Shown here: positions 9,327 to 18,310 of the stretch, piece after piece
Layout of the letters: every line of letters starts with the position of its first letter
Position numbering within the stretch: position 1 is the stretch's first letter
DNA from: a virus
Lineage: Duplodnaviria > Caudoviricetes
Reading direction: 5' to 3' (one strand)
Length of the DNA stretch: 64,000 nucleotides
Virus record (IMG/VR): IMGVR_UViG_3300021399_000147
Coordinates: 8,894 to 72,893 of that record
Made by a program: the position numbers and the translations under genes
Notes under the pieces: model-generated
Told to the model about the DNA's origin: nothing
The model's database searches: none
The model's input: the letters and a program-made list of their open reading frames with translations, nothing else

Positions 9327-9702
9327 AGAGAAAATACTTCAAAGAAGAAGGCAGATGTTAGTCCATTCTTATATATATTATGAATTGAACCAGAATATAG
9401 TATCTGACCATCAATGGGCTAAATGGGCTAAAGAATTAGAACAGTTGCAGAAGGATTATCCTAAAGAATCATCAGAAGTAATGTATTATGAGGACTTCAA
9501 AAACTGGGATGGTAGCTCAGGTGCATTTTTAAATTTTGGAGAAGATATAAAGACCGTCGCAAAAATTCTTTTAGGAGAAATTAAAATCTCAGATTCTACT
9601 AATATAAAGTCAAATTTTGTACAAAAAGTACAAAAATCACAATTAAAATCACTAAATCCTAAAAAATCAGTGAAAAATAGTGGAACAAGGAGTTTATTCT
9701 AA
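9310..9702 (+). CDS. Stand-alone NAD-dependent DNA ligase N-terminal Ia-like domain protein
   Basis: LVHSYIYYELNQNIVSDHQWAKWAKELEQLQKDYP matches the LigA Ia pattern (YY...ISDAEYD..L..LE..HP); no adenylation domain follows. Confidence 0.65.
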   Translation: MEQTIKEKILQRRRQMLVHSYIYYELNQNIVSDHQWAKWAKELEQLQKDYPKESSEVMYYEDFKNWDGSSGAFLNFGEDIKTVAKILLGEIKISDSTNIKSNFVQKVQKSQLKSLNPKKSVKNSGTRSLF

Positions 9703-9707
9703 ACGTA

Positions 9708-9736
9708 TTGACATTTACGTTACCATAATGTATCAT
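9708..9736 (+). promoter_or_regulatory. Sigma-A promoter for the HNH cassette
   Basis: TTGACA-17 nt-TATCAT. Confidence 0.65.
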
Positions 9737-9801
9737 CTATATTGTAAATGATATATAACACATTTAACAAACGAAAGAAACGAGAAAAGGAGAAAAACGA
9801 G

Positions 9802-10086
9802 ATGACACTATTAGAATTACAAGATGTATTAGGAGACAGAATTAAAGTAGCTTTAAAAGAGAACATGACACCGGAGCAGAGACAGACAGAGAATGAGCAG
9901 TCAGCATTGATTGTAGGCTTAGCAAAGCAGATGATTAACAATGGAGACCTTATTCTCAGAACAGAGAAACTTGCCGCTCAGACAAAATCACTTTCAGAGT
10001 CAGCCGCTATGAAGCTGATAACAGGCAGATTGATAGACGAACAGAAGAAAGTAGAATCGGCTATTGAGACTGTAGTGGAGAAGTGA
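9802..10086 (+). CDS. Small helical protein commonly paired with HNH endonucleases
   Basis: AAGGAG RBS before ATG 9802; LQDVL..AKQMINNGDLIL pattern. Confidence 0.6.
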   Translation: MTLLELQDVLGDRIKVALKENMTPEQRQTENEQSALIVGLAKQMINNGDLILRTEKLAAQTKSLSESAAMKLITGRLIDEQKKVESAIETVVEK

Positions 10087-10087
10087 T

Positions 10088-10774
10088 ATGAACAGAGAGT
10101 ATACGGAAGAGCAGATAGAGTGGATAAAGGATAACAGAAGCGGTCATTCTTATCAGGAATTAACTGAGCTGTTTAATGAGCGTTTTGGCACAAACAGAAC
10201 ATTTAATGGTATAAAGACAATGTGTACTCATAGACTTCATGCCTGTGATACACATGAGCCCTATACAAAAGAACAGGATAAATGGTTAATCGAAAATGCT
10301 TTGAAGTATAACAATTATGCAGAAGTTGCCGAAGAGTTTAATAAGCTCTTCGGCACAAATAAAGTTGATAGAGGTGTTCAGTCCCATTGTGTTAGAGTGT
10401 TAAAAATAATATCAGGCAGACAGTCAAAAGCTCCTAGTGGTTGGAATAAACAGCCTATAGGTGCAGAGTTGCTTACTAAAGAAGGTTATACTTTAGTAAA
10501 AATAAATGACACAGGCATTAAGAATAAAGACTGGATAACTAAGCAAAGATATATCTACGAACAACACTACGGTAAGATAGGCGACACTGATATAGTAGTA
10601 TTTTTAGACGGTGATAAATCAAATTATTCTTTAGATAATCTTGAGGCTATACCTAGAGCTATAAGTTTAAGAATAAACGCTAATAAATGGAATCATCCTA
10701 ATAAAGAGTTCACTTTAGCCGCTATAAGATGGTGTGAGTTGTATTATGTATTGAAAGCGCAAGGCGCTATTTGA
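10088..10774 (+). CDS. HNH endonuclease with two N-terminal Myb/HTH-like repeats
   Basis: YTEEQIEWI and YTKEQDKWL repeats; C-terminal KQRYIYEQHYG..VFLDGDKSNYSLDNL (His of the HNH motif appears as Phe). Confidence 0.75.
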   Translation: MNREYTEEQIEWIKDNRSGHSYQELTELFNERFGTNRTFNGIKTMCTHRLHACDTHEPYTKEQDKWLIENALKYNNYAEVAEEFNKLFGTNKVDRGVQSHCVRVLKIISGRQSKAPSGWNKQPIGAELLTKEGYTLVKINDTGIKNKDWITKQRYIYEQHYGKIGDTDIVVFLDGDKSNYSLDNLEAIPRAISLRINANKWNHPNKEFTLAAIRWCELYYVLKAQGAI

Positions 10775-10787
10775 AAGGAGATAATAA

Positions 10788-11096
10788 ATGGAAAACACAG
10801 TAGTAACAAACACAGTATTGGACAAGAAGCTAGATGGATATGGGGCAGATTCAAAATTACAGAATTTTGTAGCCCCACAGGAAATCACAGTTACAATTAC
10901 TCTGTCAGAATATAGGGAATTAGTATCTAAGGTAGCTACAAGAGATGCAGATATTGATAAGGCTAATACTGAAAAATGGAAGAGAGATGATGAGAATAAG
11001 AAGCTCAAAGCGGAAGTATCTGAACTTAAGGCAAAACTCTATGAATTACAGAGTAATATGAATAATGCTAAGGAAGAAGAATCAGATGAGACCTAA
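10788..11096 (+). CDS. Hypothetical coiled-coil protein
   Basis: ORF track; AAAGGAG RBS. Confidence 0.65.
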   Translation: MENTVVTNTVLDKKLDGYGADSKLQNFVAPQEITVTITLSEYRELVSKVATRDADIDKANTEKWKRDDENKKLKAEVSELKAKLYELQSNMNNAKEEESDET

Positions 11097-11439
11097 GAAT
11101 TTCAGCACAAGATATTATTCATCCAAGCAAGAAAAGAAAGTAGCAAAAGCTGTTGGTGGTAAGCAGACTGCCAATAGCGGGGCTACACTTTGGAGTAAAG
11201 GGGACGTCCGAACAGTCGATAATCTTTTCTTGTTGGAGTGTAAAACTCATACAGAGTTTAAAGATAGTTTCTCCATTAAACATAGCTGGATAGAAAAGAA
11301 CAGAGAAGAAGCATTTCAGATGGGCAAAAGATATTCAGCATTAGTGGTAGATTGGGGCGATGGCGAGAACCATTATCTTATAGATGAGCACCTGTTTCAA
11401 GAGTTGTTGGAACATTTAAGAGAGGTGAACAAAGAATGA
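11086..11439 (+). CDS. Hjc-like PD-(D/E)XK nuclease, putative Holliday junction resolvase
   Basis: QEKKVAK..GG...NSGA...KGDV...LLECKT. Confidence 0.75.
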   Translation: MRPKNFSTRYYSSKQEKKVAKAVGGKQTANSGATLWSKGDVRTVDNLFLLECKTHTEFKDSFSIKHSWIEKNREEAFQMGKRYSALVVDWGDGENHYLIDEHLFQELLEHLREVNKE

Positions 11440-11795
11440 GTGATATTGTATTTGAGGATAAAAGTAGATTTTTCAACTCAGTAGCTAATGGGCACTATGG
11501 CTCAAACATTAAAAGTTTTAAAGAGGTATTTAAGAAAGAGGTGAATAAAGAAATGACATTGCAGAAATTAAATGAATTATGTGTTAGGCATAATATTCCT
11601 AAAGATGTGAAGTTGCTTTCAGATTCTGGCTGGGAATGTGATGAAACTGAGATGAATGGAGTATATTATTGTGAGCAGTCAAATGTAATAGTGTTCACTC
11701 AAGGTAGTAGTAAATTTGACTATGAATATAACAATAATGGTTATGGTGACTTTGTGAGAATTGATGATAGAGAGGTGAACAATGAACATAATTAA
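11436..11795 (+). CDS. Hypothetical protein
   Basis: ORF track; contains DSGWECDETEM motif. Confidence 0.55.
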   Translation: MSDIVFEDKSRFFNSVANGHYGSNIKSFKEVFKKEVNKEMTLQKLNELCVRHNIPKDVKLLSDSGWECDETEMNGVYYCEQSNVIVFTQGSSKFDYEYNNNGYGDFVRIDDREVNNEHN

Positions 11796-11994
11796 ATTAA
11801 CTCGTGTAGATGATGATGCGGCAGTATACATAAATGCTGATACTATAACTCATGTAGTAGATTATTGGGATGGTTCAGAAGTCTATGTAGTAGGTAGAAA
11901 GAAGCCTCTGTATGTAAATGAAGAGGTAGACGTTATTGTTAAAGTGTTACTATATTTAGATAGAAAGGATAAAGATGAAATTCAGCATACCTGA
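11782..11994 (+). CDS. Hypothetical protein (FlbD-like small beta protein possible)
   Basis: IIKLTR...VYINADTI..V...GSEV pattern. Confidence 0.5.
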   Translation: MNIIKLTRVDDDAAVYINADTITHVVDYWDGSEVYVVGRKKPLYVNEEVDVIVKVLLYLDRKDKDEIQHT

Positions 11995-12111
11995 GTATCT
12001 AAAAGAAGAGGAAGAAAAGCAAAACATAAGTTTATTGCCAACATTAGATGAGTTGTATGAGATGGAAAGTTACTTGTATGACCCTGATGTAGAAAATGCA
12101 GGAGATAGAGA

Positions 12112-12363
12112 TTGAATAAGAAGTTATTGATGGAACAATTTGATGACATTTTAGCAAGTTATCGTCCAGAAGATTCAAAGATAGTTTGTGACACCGTGAA
12201 CGAATTGTGTGAACATGGTATACCTAAGGGGTGTTATCAAAATTATGCGGTATTGAACGACATTCTTAGAGTTTTAGGTATATTCGAGAGTTTGGTTAAG
12301 ATTAAAGGGGATGAAAATGAACAAAACTCAGAAAGTAAAAGAGCATCTATTGAGATTCGGTAG
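12112..12363 (+). CDS. Hypothetical protein
   Basis: ORF track, TTG start after GGAG. Confidence 0.5.
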   Translation: MNKKLLMEQFDDILASYRPEDSKIVCDTVNELCEHGIPKGCYQNYAVLNDILRVLGIFESLVKIKGDENEQNSESKRASIEIR

Positions 12364-12538
12364 TATAACTTCTTGGGATGCCATAAATCTTTATGGCGAA
12401 ACAAGATTATCTGATGTAATATTAAAGCTCAGACAAAAGGGTTGGGATATTAAAACTGTCAGGTGTGAGTTTACAGACAGATATGGTAATATTGGTAAAT
12501 ATGCAAACTATGTTTTGAAAGGGGATGATGATGTATAG
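12311..12538 (+). CDS. Winged helix-turn-helix DNA-binding protein
   Basis: HLLRFGSITSWDAINLYGETRLSDVILKLRQKGWDIKT. Confidence 0.75.
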   Translation: MKMNKTQKVKEHLLRFGSITSWDAINLYGETRLSDVILKLRQKGWDIKTVRCEFTDRYGNIGKYANYVLKGDDDV

Positions 12539-12776
12539 AATATTTCAGAACAAGAGAAATCCAAATAAGTTTATAGAAGTGAAACGATATAACGATGGCC
12601 ATTATGTATGGAAACAGTTTATCGAAAATACAGTTACTCATACAAGAACTTATACAGGATGTTCCCTTAAAAGAAGTAAGCTAGGTAAATGGAATAGAGT
12701 AAGTTGTGATACATTAGCAGAGGTAATATCTAGTGATTATGTATTTGTAATGGAGGAGATGGAGAACAATGAGTAA
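12525..12776 (+). CDS. Hypothetical protein
   Basis: ORF track with overlapping start and stop. Confidence 0.6.
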   Translation: MMMYRIFQNKRNPNKFIEVKRYNDGHYVWKQFIENTVTHTRTYTGCSLKRSKLGKWNRVSCDTLAEVISSDYVFVMEEMENNE

Positions 12777-13005
12777 TTCAAACAGTAACAATTCAAACAG
12801 TAACAAATCAACAGCAGGTGGAGTAACATTCTGTGGACTTCTTACAATAGCTTTTATTGTATTAAAGCTGACAGGAATAATCACATGGTCATGGGTATGG
12901 GTATTAGCCCCTCTATGGATACCAGCTATCATTGTTATAACAACGATTATAACTTTTATAGTCCTAATAATAAGATTTAACGGGGAGGTAAATAATGACA
13001 GATAA
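12769..13005 (+). CDS. Small two-helix membrane protein
   Basis: LLTIAFIVLKLTGIITWSWVWVLAPLW. Confidence 0.7.
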   Translation: MSNSNSNNSNSNKSTAGGVTFCGLLTIAFIVLKLTGIITWSWVWVLAPLWIPAIIVITTIITFIVLIIRFNGEVNNDR

Positions 13006-13231
13006 CAATTTAAAAATGACATTCGATTATAAATATCCAGACGAGCCAGTATTGATGATATATAGAGTTACAAACTTTGGTGTTATGTTTGGTTCTGAGC
13101 CTTCTATAAGTGTTGTGAAAACTTTTGTAGGAGAAGAGGCTCTAAATCTATATTCTAAGTTATCAGGAAAAGATATAGATAAAATCAAAAAAGACGCTGG
13201 ATGTGAAAATAATAATAAGGAGAATATATAA
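12995..13231 (+). CDS. Hypothetical protein
   Basis: ORF track; GGGGAGG RBS. Confidence 0.6.
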   Translation: MTDNNLKMTFDYKYPDEPVLMIYRVTNFGVMFGSEPSISVVKTFVGEEALNLYSKLSGKDIDKIKKDAGCENNNKENI

Positions 13232-14268
13232 TGAAATCACTAGCAGTACAATACCGCCCCAAGACATTTGAGGATGTGACAGAACAAGAGGCAATAAAGA
13301 TTATTTTAAAACAGCAGTTAGAGAGTGGTAATATCCATTCAGCTATGTTATTCTGTGGACCATCAGGTGATGGTAAGACAACAACAGCAAGAATCTTTGC
13401 AAACGAATTAAATAAGGGTAAAGGTGTTCCTATTGAGATGGATGCCGCATCACACAATGGTGTAGATGATGTAAAAGAGATATGTAAGATGGCAAGTACA
13501 AAATCCATTGATTCAGAATATAAAGTAATTATAGTGGATGAATGTCATTCTATATCCAATACTGGTTGGCAAGCTATGCTAAAAACAATAGAAGAACCAC
13601 CAGCAAAAGTAGTATTTATTTTCTGTACTACCGATCCACAGAAGATACCAGCAACAATACTATCGAGAGTGCAGAGATTCCAGTTTAGTAAAGTAAGTAC
13701 AAACGGTATAGCAAGTAGATTGACATACATAGCGGAACAGGAAAATATTTCTATTAACTCTGATGCCATTATGTATATAGCTAAATTAGCTAATGGCGGT
13801 ATGCGACTTGCTATACAGTATCTTGAAAAGTGTGCGGCATATGAGAATAATGGAGAGATTAAAGTAGATAGTGTGGTAAAAGCACTTAATGTAACAGATT
13901 ATAAAGACTATACCAAGCTTACAGACCTGATAGTTTCTCAGAAGAAGTCAGAGCTTATTATGTTCCTTGATGAAATTTATGCTTCTGGAGTCGATTTTAA
14001 GCAGTTTTTAAAGCAGTATGTACAGTTTATATTAGATGTGAATAAAGCACTAATCCTAGATGACCTGGATGAAACATTTAAGTACACAAGTTTGCCTAGA
14101 ACTAATGATATAGAAACATGGCTGACAGAGATACTGCAGGATGGAAATCTTGATTTGTTCAACAGACTTTTAAGCCATTTAGTAAAGACAGATTCAGAGG
14201 TTAAATATAGCCAGAGCGTAAAGTGTGATATAGAGTGTGCAATATTATTATTTGAGGTGGAAAAATGA
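13231..14268 (+). CDS. dnaX: DNA polymerase III gamma/tau clamp-loader ATPase
   Basis: LAVQYRPKTFEDV, GPSGDGKTT, EMDAASHNGVDDV, IVDECH, KTIEEPP, ILSRVQRF, GGMR. Confidence 0.93.
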   Translation: MKSLAVQYRPKTFEDVTEQEAIKIILKQQLESGNIHSAMLFCGPSGDGKTTTARIFANELNKGKGVPIEMDAASHNGVDDVKEICKMASTKSIDSEYKVIIVDECHSISNTGWQAMLKTIEEPPAKVVFIFCTTDPQKIPATILSRVQRFQFSKVSTNGIASRLTYIAEQENISINSDAIMYIAKLANGGMRLAIQYLEKCAAYENNGEIKVDSVVKALNVTDYKDYTKLTDLIVSQKKSELIMFLDEIYASGVDFKQFLKQYVQFILDVNKALILDDLDETFKYTSLPRTNDIETWLTEILQDGNLDLFNRLLSHLVKTDSEVKYSQSVKCDIECAILLFEVEK

Positions 14269-14453
14269 CAAAGTATAAGTATGAAGTGGTCAGAACTTAT
14301 GATGATGGCAAATGTGAAGCAAATTTACAAAGTGCATTTGATATTGGCTATGAGTTTGTAAGAGCATCAGAATATGTACCTGAAGCCACTCACAATGGAA
14401 CGAGAAGGTATGGCTATATAGAGTATATTCTTAGAAAAGAGGTAGAGGAATGA
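14265..14453 (+). CDS. Hypothetical protein
   Basis: ORF track. Confidence 0.55.
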   Translation: MTKYKYEVVRTYDDGKCEANLQSAFDIGYEFVRASEYVPEATHNGTRRYGYIEYILRKEVEE

Positions 14454-15052
14454 CAAAGAGAGATTTAGTGAAGTGGTTAGAAAGAAAACAGTCTGAAGCC
14501 TACGATACAGCTTCAGAGTATGCGGATAAAAAGATTGATGAGATTAAAGAGTCATTTTATAAAGATTTAGGTCTTGATGAGTTTGTTAATACAGTTGTAC
14601 CCATCTTTGAGAAAGCCTTTGCTGAGTATGAAAAGTTTTATAAAAAGATAGATGATATAGATGGAGTATCTATATCAAAGTATGGATTTAGACGAGGCTA
14701 TTATGATATACAGGACCTTACTGATGCAAGTAAAGTTAGATTATCTATCATAGAATGTCTTAATTATCTTAATCATCCAGTGTTTACAAAGATAAATGAG
14801 GCACGTAATGAGTGTAAAATGGTAAACCATACTTACAGTACAGTTATTGAAACCGTAAAGAATCTACCAACAGCAAAAGATGGCATTGAGTATCTAAAGA
14901 AGCTTGGCTTTGATGTTTCAGAGATTCAGCCAGCAGAGCAGAAAAAACAACTTCCTGCAACTATTAGCGTTAATGTAGATGTAAAGTATCTTTTATTAAA
15001 TAAGGAGAAAGAAGATGTTGGGACAAGCGAAACTGATAGCACAGATAGATGA
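14450..15052 (+). CDS. Hypothetical protein
   Basis: 200-aa ORF with RBS and ATGA overlap. Confidence 0.65.
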   Translation: MTKRDLVKWLERKQSEAYDTASEYADKKIDEIKESFYKDLGLDEFVNTVVPIFEKAFAEYEKFYKKIDDIDGVSISKYGFRRGYYDIQDLTDASKVRLSIIECLNYLNHPVFTKINEARNECKMVNHTYSTVIETVKNLPTAKDGIEYLKKLGFDVSEIQPAEQKKQLPATISVNVDVKYLLLNKEKEDVGTSETDSTDR

Positions 15053-15878
15053 CCTCGTAGCAGAGGATAAATTTCCTCGATTCTCTATAGTAGTAGGAGA
15101 AAAGGGGATGGAACATGAAGATGTAGCAAGATATGTGGCAAATAAAATGAATTGTACACTTATAGAGCTACTGGATGTAAAAATAGATACAATAAGGAAT
15201 ATGATAAATCAAGCATATAAACTTCATGCTCAGACGGTATTTAGTATTCCTCATGCAGATGATATGTCCATTAACGCAAAGAATGCCTTATTGAAAGTTG
15301 TAGAAGATACACCTAATAAAGCATACTTTATCATGTGTTTAGAGGACTTATCAAATACTCTGGCTACAATACAAAGTAGGGGTATAGTATTTTATATGTA
15401 TCATCCTAGTGTGGGGGAATTAAAAGATTTTGCCAGAAGTTTGTACGTTAATAAGAACGATATAGATGAGAAAGAAATAGAGTTGTATGGAGAGCTTTGT
15501 AGTACGCCTGGGGATGTACTCACTTTACAGAAAGCAGGTATAACAAACTTTTACAGGTATGCAGAATATGTTGCCCACAATATATGTGAAGTGTCTGGAG
15601 CAGAAGTATTTAAGTTTTCAGATAAGTTAGCATTAAAAGACGGGGCAGATGGATATGATTGTCTATTATTTCTTAAAGCATTACAGTTACAGTTTTGGGA
15701 AATGTGTCAATATGCTTATAAGCCTGATGCAAATAAATGTGCCAACTACTGTGATTGTGAGTTAGTAAGGTGTATAGGTAGATATATGCAAGATTTAAGA
15801 ATCCGTGGGGTGAATAAGAGTATGCTCATGGATAATCTATATTTAGAAATGAGGAAGATATGGAAATCTCAGATGTAA
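15015..15878 (+). CDS. holB: DNA polymerase III delta-prime clamp-loader subunit
   Basis: IDTIRNMI, AKNALLKVVEDTP, LATIQSRG (degenerate AAA+ of the HolB type). Confidence 0.8.
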   Translation: MLGQAKLIAQIDDLVAEDKFPRFSIVVGEKGMEHEDVARYVANKMNCTLIELLDVKIDTIRNMINQAYKLHAQTVFSIPHADDMSINAKNALLKVVEDTPNKAYFIMCLEDLSNTLATIQSRGIVFYMYHPSVGELKDFARSLYVNKNDIDEKEIELYGELCSTPGDVLTLQKAGITNFYRYAEYVAHNICEVSGAEVFKFSDKLALKDGADGYDCLLFLKALQLQFWEMCQYAYKPDANKCANYCDCELVRCIGRYMQDLRIRGVNKSMLMDNLYLEMRKIWKSQM

Positions 15879-16777
15879 AACAGCAGATAAAAACAGGCAA
15901 CTTGGATAAGATTTATATTTTCTATGGAGAAGAGTATCAGGTAATTAAGATTTATCTAAAAATGATGGCAAAGAAAGCAAATCTTGAATTAACTTATGCA
16001 GATAGTCTTATGGATATAATGACTGGTGCTAAGACAAAATCTCTAATTCAGTCACACCATTTATATGTAATTATGGACGACAAAGAGTATCTCACTAATG
16101 AGAAGATGTGGGAGCAGTTTAAGGGGCTGAAAGAAGATATTGTAGTATTCTACTATACAAGTGCTGATAAACGTTTAAAATTTTGGAAGAATAATAAAGA
16201 CCGTGCGATTGAGTTTGCCAAGTTAGATAATCAGGTATTAACAAAATATATCAAGAAAGATGCTCCATTAAGTGATAGTGCCTGTGAAAAACTTATAGAT
16301 ATGTGTCAGAATGACTACGGAAGAATCTTACTGGAGATAGATAAAATAAAAGCCTATTCCATAGCAGAAGCTATAACACCAGATGGGGCATTTGAAGAGT
16401 TAGTAAAGCAAAGAGTCATCTATTATCAGCCGAAAGACGCTATTTTTGACTTTGTGGCAGCTTTCCTTGAGCGTAGACCTTCTAAAGCATATAACTTACT
16501 TCAACAGTCAAAAGCTGTCGGAGAAGCAAATATGGTCATATTATCAGTACTATATAATAACATTAAGACACTATTACAAGTACAATCAGCAGAAAACTAT
16601 AAAACATTAGGTCTGAATGGGTTCGTACTAAAGAATACATTACCTTATAGAGGTAATTATAGTAATGGTGAATTAGTGAAAGCCATGAAACTGATAAGAA
16701 ATATAGAAAAGGGAATAAAGACTGGTCAGATACCAGATGAATTATCCATAGAGTATCTGATGGTACAAATTCTCTAA
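15860..16777 (+). CDS. holA: DNA polymerase III delta clamp-loader subunit
   Basis: IYIFYGEEY N-terminus, ILLEIDKIKAY, AIFDFVAAFL, C-terminal IEKGIKTG. Confidence 0.8.
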   Translation: MEISDVKQQIKTGNLDKIYIFYGEEYQVIKIYLKMMAKKANLELTYADSLMDIMTGAKTKSLIQSHHLYVIMDDKEYLTNEKMWEQFKGLKEDIVVFYYTSADKRLKFWKNNKDRAIEFAKLDNQVLTKYIKKDAPLSDSACEKLIDMCQNDYGRILLEIDKIKAYSIAEAITPDGAFEELVKQRVIYYQPKDAIFDFVAAFLERRPSKAYNLLQQSKAVGEANMVILSVLYNNIKTLLQVQSAENYKTLGLNGFVLKNTLPYRGNYSNGELVKAMKLIRNIEKGIKTGQIPDELSIEYLMVQIL

Positions 16778-16812
16778 TAAGGGTGAGAAGTGATAAATAT
16801 AAAGGAGGTAAG

Positions 16813-17100
16813 AAGATGTATTGCCCATTATGTGGAAGTGATAAAATCTCTGTCTTAGATACTATATCAAGACAGAGAGATACCCTGAGAAGAAGGAAGT
16901 GCGATAGTTGTAATGCTAGATTCTTTACTCAGGAAAATATAACTGATTCAGAAGATGTAGCCAGAGTATTTTCTGAATGGTCTAAAGAGAGAACAAGGAA
17001 GTATAGAGCAAAGCAGAAAGGAGTGGAATATGAAGTCAGTTTTGCAGATGGAAGAGGAAAATCAACTGCCCCAAAAAAACCTACATCCCCTTTGTTTTAG
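16813..17100 (+). CDS. NrdR-like zinc-ribbon protein
   Basis: MYCPLCG..SVLDT....RRRKCDSCNARFFTQE; GGAGG RBS before 16813; ATP-cone absent. Confidence 0.7.
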   Translation, partial: KMYCPLCGSDKISVLDTISRQRDTLRRRKCDSCNARFFTQENITDSEDVARVFSEWSKERTRKYRAKQKGVEYEVSFADGRGKSTAPKKPTSPLF

Positions 17101-17203
17101 ATGTGGTCGTAAGCTCAAATCTGAGCAGTCGAAACTATTAGGTATGGGGCCAACTTGTTATAAAAAATGGCAGAATGAACAAAGCACAAAGCCATTGATT
17201 TAA
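17030..17203 (+). CDS. DUF6011-like zinc finger protein
   Basis: Manual translation CFRCGRKLKSEQSKLLGMGPTCYKKW; AAAGGAG RBS. Confidence 0.65.
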   Translation: MKSVLQMEEENQLPQKNLHPLCFRCGRKLKSEQSKLLGMGPTCYKKWQNEQSTKPLI

Positions 17204-17217
17204 AGAGGTGATATATC

Positions 17218-17562
17218 ATGCATTTCAGAAGAAAGTTAAGAAAACCACCTAAGAAGTTAATGAGAAGGCCTAAGAAGTACATTTATCCATATTTATGCCC
17301 ATACTGTGGAGAAGCGGCATATCCTGTTTTCACAGATGAAGAGAAGCCATATCTTAGATTACCTACAAGAAGTTTTTCTACATGGAGATGTTTCGGTGGG
17401 CATGAGTTTTTAGTTTTAGAGAAAGTGATAGGCGACCAAGAATGGGGCACAAGAGTGTATACAGATGAGAAGTTACGAAAAGAATCTAAAGAATGGATAA
17501 ACGAACTGAGAACACATAATTTTGATGTAGGAGAAGTAACGGACGAGTCGGAAGAAGTGTAA
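17218..17562 (+). CDS. Hypothetical zinc-binding protein
   Basis: CPYCG..C..GH; GAGGTG RBS. Confidence 0.6.
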   Translation: MHFRRKLRKPPKKLMRRPKKYIYPYLCPYCGEAAYPVFTDEEKPYLRLPTRSFSTWRCFGGHEFLVLEKVIGDQEWGTRVYTDEKLRKESKEWINELRTHNFDVGEVTDESEEV

Positions 17563-17578
17563 ATCTTCTATATAATGC

Positions 17579-17620
17579 AGAGCGATTAAATAAGCATAGT
17601 ATGGCAAGTTTAATCGCTCT
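17579..17620 (+). terminator. Hairpin or terminator preceding the first cassette promoter
   Basis: AGAGCGATTAAA / TTTAATCGCTCT 12-bp inverted repeat followed by TTATT. Confidence 0.55.
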
Positions 17621-17626
17621 TTATTA

Positions 17627-17697
17627 TTCCTGTTGAAGCGCAATATCAGATATGCTATCCTAATACTGTAAACAGAAACACACAGATTGAAAGGAGA
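17627..17697 (+). promoter_or_regulatory. Cassette promoter and leader, copy 1
   Basis: TTGAAG(17633)-17-TATCCT(17656), AACACAC, TTGAAAGGAG. Confidence 0.8.
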
Positions 17698-17701
17698 ATA
17701 A

Positions 17702-17998
17702 ATGATGAACGAAGAGGAGTTTACAACTACATTTTGGCAAGACTTTAGTATAGCTGATGCTTTTGGAGTAAAGGCTATCAAAGACACCTACAAAAGAGCA
17801 TTTGAAGAGTGGAAAGATGATTACAGATACCTTACTGATTTAGTAATAGTACTGAATCATAAGTGCTGGCAGCATTATGAGAATGGTAATGAGAAGATTA
17901 GTCAGTTATACAGTGACCTGTATTATGAAGCTGATGAATATGCCCTAGATAATCTTAAAGGTGATGAAGCTACATACTATTTTAAAAAGACAGATTGA
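17702..17998 (+). CDS. Conserved phage hypothetical protein
   Basis: TTFWQDFSIADAFG..AIKDTYKRAFEEWKDDY..LTDLVIVLNHKCWQHY. Confidence 0.75.
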   Translation: MMNEEEFTTTFWQDFSIADAFGVKAIKDTYKRAFEEWKDDYRYLTDLVIVLNHKCWQHYENGNEKISQLYSDLYYEADEYALDNLKGDEATYYFKKTD

Positions 17999-18007
17999 GG
18001 TGAAGAG

Positions 18008-18310
18008 ATGACAAAGGAAGAACTAATTAAACAACTTGATGATATAGTTCCTAAAAAGCCAAAATCAGAATGGTCTAAATATCAGCGTCAAATAGTAGAT
18101 GAGGCTATCAAGACATTAGAGCAAGAGCCAAAGACAGGGCATTGGATATTTGCAGAGGGTATTAAAGGGAAAGACAATGTTGAAAAATGCAGTCGCTGTG
18201 GTTCACATTGGAGAGAAGCAGTCATTTATCGAACAGATACACAGGAGTATTTAAGAACAAGGCTATTGTATTGCCCTAATTGCGGAAGTAGAAACGAGGT
18301 GGAAGTATGA
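18008..18310 (+). CDS. Mosaic small protein with C-terminal zinc ribbon
   Basis: LEQEPKTGHWI..CSRCG..YCPNCG. Confidence 0.7.
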   Translation: MTKEELIKQLDDIVPKKPKSEWSKYQRQIVDEAIKTLEQEPKTGHWIFAEGIKGKDNVEKCSRCGSHWREAVIYRTDTQEYLRTRLLYCPNCGSRNEVEV

